55,424 bases of DNA. Origin: a virus. Its lineage: Duplodnaviria; Caudoviricetes. Shown piece after piece: positions 8,159-17,100 of this stretch; within the stretch, counting starts at the first letter, position 1; every line of letters starts with the position of its first letter. Under the pieces are notes generated by a model, which was given only the letters and a program-made list of their open reading frames with translations, was not told the origin of the DNA and ran no database searches. Made by a program: the position numbers and the translations under genes. The DNA lies in IMG/VR virus record IMGVR_UViG_3300017589_000282, positions 1-55,424 of that record; one strand, given 5' to 3'.

Positions 8159-11100
8159 TTTAAGCAAATTAAAGTCGGTACAACTGGCTAGCAAGAAAAG
8201 CGAGGTTGATGTGGATAGCCTTGTTGACAATCTGTTTGCAGAGGATTCTACCGAACAGGTGGCCCAGGAGCCAATCATAAAAGCTACTTCCCCGGCTGTT
8301 CCTAATACTAAAGAGGAGGTGCAACCCAAAGAAGATGGATTTTGGAATACCTACCTAGGTGATACTATTGAAAAGATTGGAGCCGGCTTGAATAATTATG
8401 TGTCCAACACGGCAGGTTGGATGGATAAAGGGGCTAGAAAGATCAATGATTTAGTAGGTGACACGTCCGGAGCTCATACTTCTGAATCGGGTAAACCTGT
8501 GTCGGGGGCATTTGGAGATATTTCAAAGTCAGCGAAGAAAGTAGCAACAGGCTTAAGAGCCGATTCCGATCGCTATAAAGGCAAGAAATTCGGAGAACTC
8601 TGGAAAGACGACAAAGCTGCCGCCATTGGTGATATTTTCCTGCAGGCAAGCGAGTCTTTGGCTCCATCAATGATGGCTGCATTCACTGGTCCACTAGGGG
8701 TGCCCTCACTTGGAGCGTCCGCTGCAAACGAAAAGTATGATGTCCTTGATGAATCCAACCCAAACATGGCCGAAGTTCCGAAGATGATCAATGCCCTATT
8801 GACCGGAACGGCCGAAGCCGGAAGCGAGTATTTAGGTTCTGTCCCTGTTGGTAAGTGGCTAAAGGGAATGTATTCTAAGGTAGGTTCGGAAGCTGCACAA
8901 GCACAACTACAAAAGGGTTTAGCCGGATGGATTGGAAACAATGCTAAGAAGTTAGGCGTATTCTTTCCACCTGTAGCAGAGGGAACGGAAGAAATAGCTT
9001 CACAGGTAGCGGAAAACATTACGGATTGGGCTACCGGGGCAAGGCCAGACTTCAACCCCATGGAGGGTGTGTTAGAATCATTCGTGTATGGTGCAGGTGG
9101 TGGTGCTCAATTTAGTGCTATGTCGTTACCATCTTACGGTATGCGTGTAGCTGACAAAGCTAAGACGGGTTACGATCTACGAAAAGCTACAAAATCATTT
9201 GATAGCTTATTCCAGGATGAAAATGCAGCTAATGTTGTTAGCGGATTGAACTCCATGAGTACGGAAGAACAGGCTTCCTGGCTTGAAGCTGTTTCTCAAT
9301 CCCCGGATTATTCAGAGGAGCAAAAGAAAGCGGCTGCCGATTTACTACAATCAAGTCTATCATATAACGCTAGACGTTCTCCGGAGGAGTATAAAGCGGA
9401 TAAAGAAAACCGGGACCAGTTGTTTATTGATACCGAAATGAGAAACTTTGACAGTTATTTATCTCCAATGATTGCTGAGAACGGCATGATTCAGCAGGTT
9501 AAAATCGGGGATGAAGAAGTCTATATCACAAAAGGCGATATCTCATTAACGGCAAACGAAGTCGGCAAACCTGTTTTCGATCCTATTAATTCAAGTGATC
9601 AACTTTATTACACAGATAAGGATGGAAATACACAGGTAACATCTAGTAAGATGGTTACAGAGGTGTTGGATGTTCAAGATTCGGAGGCGCTTCGTCAACA
9701 ACATCTTCAAAATGTTATGTACGGTCTAGAGCAAAGGAACAATCAAAGTTCACAGATGGCGCAAGAAGTTACCATTGAAAATGGCGATCCCGTTCAATTT
9801 CTGGACCCCAGTACCGGAAAGATGGTTGAAGGTATTGCGGTTGATACTGCACTACCGGACGTTATTCAAATGGAAGATGGTCGGGTTATTCCTCGGGAAC
9901 AAGTTATGCCTAACCTACAATCGAAAGATGCGGTAATCAATCCACCTGCAGACGAAACTAAAAACGATCCTATTTTAGCACAGGAGGGTGTTGCAGTCGA
10001 AGAAGAACAAGCCGTACCAGGTTCTCCCGTTATTGATTACCTAAAGGACAAAGAGGGTAATGCAGACTATGATAATATTGATGATCCTCTCGAATATGCT
10101 GCAGCTTTAACGGCTGAATATCCCGGGGAGGAACTTGATATCATTAACCAGGACCTTGAATTCGCCAATCAAGAACTTGAAAGCGCAAAGAATGTGAAGT
10201 CTGCCATTGAAAGCAGAAAGAAAATGAAAGTAGCGCAGGATAAGATTGATAGACTAAACTCCTTTAAGGCTGTCTTTGATACTAACAATAAAGTTGTTGA
10301 TCCGATTGAACAGGCTGATCCGCTTGAAGATGATCAAGAAAGCATTCAAGATATTGACCTTTCTCAGCTATCAGAGCCGGAACGTAGGGTACATATATCA
10401 CAAAACAGTAATGATCCGCTTGAATTAGCCGATTTGTATGACCAGGTGAAAGACGAGTTTGAAGTTAGTCAAATGATGCCCTGGGAAGCTGCCCTTGTTG
10501 GCCGTAAGATCAGCAAAGATAGTTTCATAGAGAACTCTGACAAGAACAACGTAACAGGAGCCATTGCAAAATCATGGTTTGCGGACAAAGATCACGCAAG
10601 AAAAGCCGGGTTAGATGTTATTGCCGCTGAATTGTCCGAGTATGGTACTCCTGTTACAGAGAATGATATTGTGGAGTTTGTCCTATCACACCCAAACAAC
10701 AACGTAAAGAAGACTAATCAAGTCGCCATTGATACGAATAGACGATTTAAAGAGGTTGTAAAGGCGTTGACCGGGGAAAATGTGGGAGGCCTGGAAAGCA
10801 CATCCGGCAAATTGGTGCTTGCAGGTTTGAAAGCAGGGGTAAGAAGTGAGCAGGAAAAACAAGCGCAGCCCTTTAATTCGTACACTGTTCCGGATGCAGT
10901 TCTTAATTTCTTCGAGGAAACAGGCCTTAGTCCGGATGATTTCGATAGCTTTGAGGCTTTGAACGATGCGATTAGTATCGAATTGGAAAAAGGTACATTC
11001 GTGTTTCCTTTAGGAGAAAGTGATTTACAAACGATTAACAACATAGTACAACATGGAATCAGACAACAAGGAAACTATCAAGACTTCGCTTCAAGAGTTG

Positions 11101-14100
11101 AAAAAGCAGGGATTCAAAGAACAGCTCAACAACCTATTTTTGAGACAGCAGCAGCTGAAACAGCAATCCAACCAATCACAGGAGCAACCGATACAGCAAC
11201 CGATACCGGAGGAATAGAGTTACAACCGGAGATTATACCCGAAGAATTCCAGGAGCAAGAACAAGAACAGCCGGAAGAACTAGAATATACTCCGGAAGAG
11301 ATGGCCGAAATTGATGCGGCCGTATCAGACAACCGTCCTTTGATGGACGTAATTAAGGAGGTAGCCCAATCGCATGAGATAACACAAGCTGAAAAGCAGG
11401 TAAACATTGATCCAACCGAAGCACAGAAAGAAGCCGGGAATTACAAAATGGGGCATGTTTCCATTAATGGCTTTGATGTTACCATTGAAAACCCGAAAGG
11501 CTCTACAAGGTCGGGTGTTGATGCAGAAGGAAAACCCTGGTCCATTGATATGGCAAACTCTTACGGCTATATCAAGGGTACAAAAGGCAAGGATGGTGAT
11601 CATGTTGATGTGTTCGTGGGAAATTCTCCTTTATCTGACAAAGTGTTTGTTGTTGACCAGATAAATAAAGACGGCAGCTTTGACGAACACAAGGTTATGA
11701 TGGGCTTTAACTCAATCGAGGAGGCACAAGCCGCATACCTTGCAAACTATGAGCAGGGATGGACCGGATTAGGCTCAATCACTGAAATGTCGGTAGATGA
11801 ATTTAGATCATGGGTTAAAGATGGTGTAAAGAGTGATCCTGTTGTTGAAGTTGTAGAAGAACAAGCAAAGCAACCAGTTCCTACCGTAATGGATGAAGCT
11901 AAAGAAGCGACCAAGAAATTGGATGTCGAAGATTCAAAGAATAAGCCTTCTGATCAAATACCTATTGATAATAACATACAACCTATATCCAGTGAAGAGG
12001 TTCTAGGAGTGCGTGGCGAGACTAATAAAGCAAAATCGGTAAAGAGCAAAGCAGCTCCTTCTAATGATGTTTCAGTACAAGCTGAAAAAATCGAAGACTT
12101 TGGAGAGAAGATTGGTGGAGCAAAAAAAGATCTTGTTAAAGAATACAGGGATAGAATGGGCCGGGTAACTGAAGATGATGTCCTAGAACTCCCGTTGTCT
12201 AAATCATTTCCAAGACCAGACTTTAAAAAGTTAGTTGAAGAGGGTGTGATTACAGAGAACCAAGCTATCTATATGAGCTACTTATACGATAAAATAGAAT
12301 CAAAGCCAAGACAAGCGAATAAAGCAGGACATTGGGCGTCCAGAGTGCACGATGTTATAACTATGTTCAATGAAACGGTTGACGGGAAGTCTTCTCCTAA
12401 TTTGATGGAGGATGCTATAAATAAGATGCGCGGATACAACCCTGTTGTTGAATTAGAAATGACAGCTTACATGGATATTATGAAGAAGATGGGATTTCCA
12501 AATAATCCTGTCACATTAGGACAATATAGCATAACTCAACTTTGGAATGGTTCATGGTTTTATTTGATGAAAGGAAAATATGTTGTTAAGAAATCTCAGG
12601 ACTATAAAGAGATCGTAAATATGCTTGCCGAACTTCTGGAACAACCAAAAGCTAAAAAAGAGGTAAAGCTATCAATTTACAGAAGCCGCAAATCTGGACT
12701 GTATTATATTGGGAAGTCGATTCCAGGTAAAGACCCGGTAAAACTAAGCAAGGATTTCAATGAGCAAAAGGAGGTGGTTCAATACCTAAAAGACAACAAT
12801 GCAGAACTTGTACAGCTCTGGGAGAAGATGAATGTCAACCCAGAAGAAAGACGAGAATCAAACAGAACAAGGAAAGGAACGGATTGGAGAGGCAAAAAGG
12901 ATGTTACCCCGGAGTTGTTTGGGAATACATTTGGATTTAGAGGAGTAGAATTTGGCAATTGGGTCAATAAATCTGAAAGACAGAGTGCTTTAAATGATGC
13001 GTATGATGCACTCATGGACTTATCTTCAATCATTGGTGTATCTCCAAAGGCACTCTCTTTAGGAGGAGGATTAAGCCTTGCATTCGGAGCAAGGGGTGGA
13101 AGCAAAGCGTCTGCTCATTACGAACCAAGCAAAGTTGTTATAAACCTTACGAAGACAAAGGGAGCAGGGTCTTTAGCGCATGAATGGTTCCACGCTCTTG
13201 ATAATTATTTCTCAAAAAGAAGAGGTGAGAATGGCGAATTCATGACAAAGAATGCCAACAAGAGGAATAACGACACTACAAGACAAGAGCTTTTGAATGC
13301 CTTTGAAGACCTCGTGGCTACTATCTACGAATCAGATATGAGAAGAAGGTCAAACAGATTGGATGCTACCAGGTCAAAAGCCTATTGGGGGCAGAATGTG
13401 GAAATGGCAGCGAGAGCTTTTGAGAGTTATGTTATAGATAAACTCAATTCGAGGAATGAGCAAAATGATTATCTGGCCAACGTAAAAAGCATGAATGAGT
13501 GGTCGGAAGGTGGTGCGTTCGACATCTCTTCTTATCCATACCCAAATGAAACTGAATCACCTGTAATAGGAGAGAAGTTTGACCAGCTCTTCCAGACAAT
13601 CGAGGAAAAAGAGGATGAAGACGGTAATCAAATATTATTCAGAGATGGCGCTTCCGAAACTGACAAAATCAAAGCGGAAGCTGAAAAAAATGGAACGTTC
13701 TTGAAAGCTCCGAACGGAAAAGGCTCAATTTTAAATGAAAAACAGTGGTTGCATGTTCGTACTAAAGCATTTAAAGATTGGTTTGGAGATTGGGAAAAGG
13801 CTTATCGGATTGAGAAATTGCGTAAAAGTAACCCGGTAGAAATTACTGGAGATGAGATTGAACCTAGTAATGACCTTAAACAGTATAAGAAAAACGCTTT
13901 AGAATATGGAAAAACTATTCGTGGAGAGTATACAAATAAAGATTCCGGAGCATCTATCATTGTTTCAGCTGGAACAAAGCGTGGCGGTATAAGAGAAATT
14001 TTACAGCATGATTATAAAGATATCGAACATTTGCAGAGTATTGCCGCTATACCAAAAATTATTGAAGATTCCATATTTGTTGAGGAACTAGAAAACGAGG

Positions 14101-17100
14101 ATTCAAAAGCTCCGGATGTTTCTGCTTATCATTACTACGTGTGCGGATTAAAAATAAATGATGCTGATTACACTGTAAAGGCTGTAGTCGCTGTTTCAAA
14201 AAATGGAGAAAGATACTATGATCATAAGTTGACTAAAATAGAAAAGGGCAAACTGCTATCAACTTTACCCGAAATACAAAAATCGGGAGAAGAAAGCAAC
14301 CAACCCCTTTCCGACATCAAAGATAAAAGATTAATTTCAATATTGAAAGTTAATTCTTCAAAAGTTGTAGATGAGAACGGGGAACCGTTGGTGATGTATA
14401 GAGGTCATGACGCAAGTCAAAACTCATACTCTACAAAGCTAAATACGCCAACATTCACTTCAAGCAAGGAGGCTGCAACCGTATATAGCGAAGATCACGA
14501 AAACGGTGTGGTTACAGATGCTTTTGTAAACACAAAGAATCCTTTAAGCATTGGTGACGAATACGGCTCTGTAACAATATATGATTTGAAAAGTTTATTA
14601 CCTGTAAATGTATTCGAATCTATCGCTTCGTCCGTCAGATGGATGTATTCTGGAGATCATGCCACGCTTAAAGAAGTGCTTGAAGATGCTAAGGACAATA
14701 AGAGCGCACTAAAAGAGGCATACACGGAAACGTTTTTAATTGCAGATAATAGGGATTTTGTAGAGTGGGCACAAAGTCAAGGCTATGATGGCTTTATTTA
14801 TAAAGGCTTTTTCTCTGATTCAAATAGTTTGGACGATGATTTTCTAAGTGAAATTAGACCATTCAATGAGAATCAAATAAAATCATCAACGGATAACAAC
14901 GGAAACTTTGATTCATACAATGATGACATTCGTTACAAAGAAAATGCGGATAAACAACGAATGTCCGAATGGCTTTCCAAACAGCGGTACAATTCCGCTG
15001 AGGTTGAAAAGTTGTTCGGACATGACACAAATATACTAGATAGTTTTGATAATTCAGACTTAGAGCCTGGGAATATTTCATCAGAGGTAGAACAGTTATA
15101 TCCTTCACAGAATAATTCGGTTCGTATTATTCATGATATTAACGATCAGTTTAATAAGGAATTGATTCAACAGATTGAGGGTGTACTTCCAAAAGATCAT
15201 ATTTATAAGTTGGGTATGCCTAGTGAAGCCCTTCTGAGTGCAGGTATACCCAGTTTCCCAATTGAATTAAAGTCTGAAAGATTAGGCTACAAATCCACTT
15301 CCGGAAAACATGATTACGATATATCTGAAGTTGTTGGACTGCCAAACGCAATAGCCAATCCTATCGCTATTTTTAAATATGGAGATGAAAAGAAAGCCCA
15401 AAATATAATCACCGAACTTGAACATAATGGAGAAAAGTTTCTTGTTGGAATTTCAATTACTCCAAAAATAAAAGGGCATGTGCTCGAAATAAATAGCGTA
15501 AGAAATGTATTTCCCAAAAATAGTGAAAGTATAGTTGACTGGATTAATGGGGGAAAGATGCTTTATTCAAATAAAGAAAAGCTCCTAAGTTTCCTTGACC
15601 AACAGCGTACTAATCACGCTGACGTGGCTTTCGTCTTTCCGAACGAATCGGTGAAACAAGGATACCCAGAAGCTCTATTGTCTGCCACAAATATAGTGAA
15701 TAGTTTTGAAAATCCAACATTGGAGCAAGGTAATATTTTATCTGAAATCGAAACTCTGTCATCGTTATTAAATACTCCTGTTCGGATTGTTCGTGATGTA
15801 AATGAGATATCAGACAAAGACAGGGATATTGAAAAGCGTATGCGTAAGTCTAGGGGATGGTACGATACCAGAACGGGGGAAGTGGTAATTGTTTTTCAGA
15901 AAAACAGAAGTGTAGCCGATGCACAGAAAACAGTATTACATGAGGTTGTTGGCCATCTTGGATTGAGAAAGTTGTTAGGAAGTGAGTTTGCACCCACTAT
16001 GGAAAGTATCTTTGATTCTCTTCCAACAGATTTGCAGGTTGTTTTAAACCAGAAGTACGGATCAAAAGTTTTAAGTGCGGAAGAATACGCTTCTACCATG
16101 GCTGAAACAATGAGTGATCCAGGTATTATTCAGCGTATCGTTTCAGCATTCAAGGATGCAATGAGAAAGTTGGGTGTCAAACTTAAAATGACTGACGGGG
16201 ATATAATGAATCTGTTGTGGAAGTCTAAAAACAGACTGACAGACGGTGATACGGCTTTTGAAATCATGGGAAAGATGTCTAAAGCTGAATCAGTGAAAAA
16301 GGAAACCGAATCATTTGACCGGGTGTTTAGAGATTCGGCTACATTGAATGATACGATGGATGAAATGAGCGATGATCCGGTGATAAAAGCTGAGATGCAC
16401 GCTTCCATTAAATCTAAATCGTTCCAATGGCAAGAGGGATACCAGGATCGCATGTTAGCTGTAAAGAAGTTGCAAGAGTTATTGGAGAAACACACAGGAA
16501 AGAAGCTGCCGGATCATATGAATGTGTACATCTTTGAGAATACTCTATCAAGCAGAAACACATACGAGATAGAACAGTACAAAGAATTGTACACGAACAA
16601 GATGATGGAGAATGTGAAAGCCTTTATCAGTAAAGGTTACTCAATGCCGGAGGTTGAAAACTATGTGATAGCAAAGCATGGTCTTGAACGTAATGACTAT
16701 TTTAGAATCAATGCCTTGTTGGATGAAGTCAATGCTCTTGAAAAGAATGATGCCTACCTGGAATGGCTTCCGGATGCAATACGTTCCAATTCTGAAAAGT
16801 TCCAGGCTAGAGTTGCTAAAGATAAAGCCGCTTTGCTTGAAGAAATAGGAACCCGGAAGTTCTCGGAGATAGAGGGCTTATCAATGTTCCCTATTGAAAA
16901 GATAAGACAGAGATTAGCTAAAAGGGACTTTGCCGGGATAACAGCCCTTGAAAAAGAATTGGAGATGTCCGCACAGGAATACATTGATATAACAGAGGGT
17001 AGGTTTGAAAACGAAACGAAAGAGCTGTGGAAGTCAATCAATGCAGCTACAAAGGCTTCATTAAAGAAGTGGTTTGATAGTGGAATGATAAACAAAGAAG

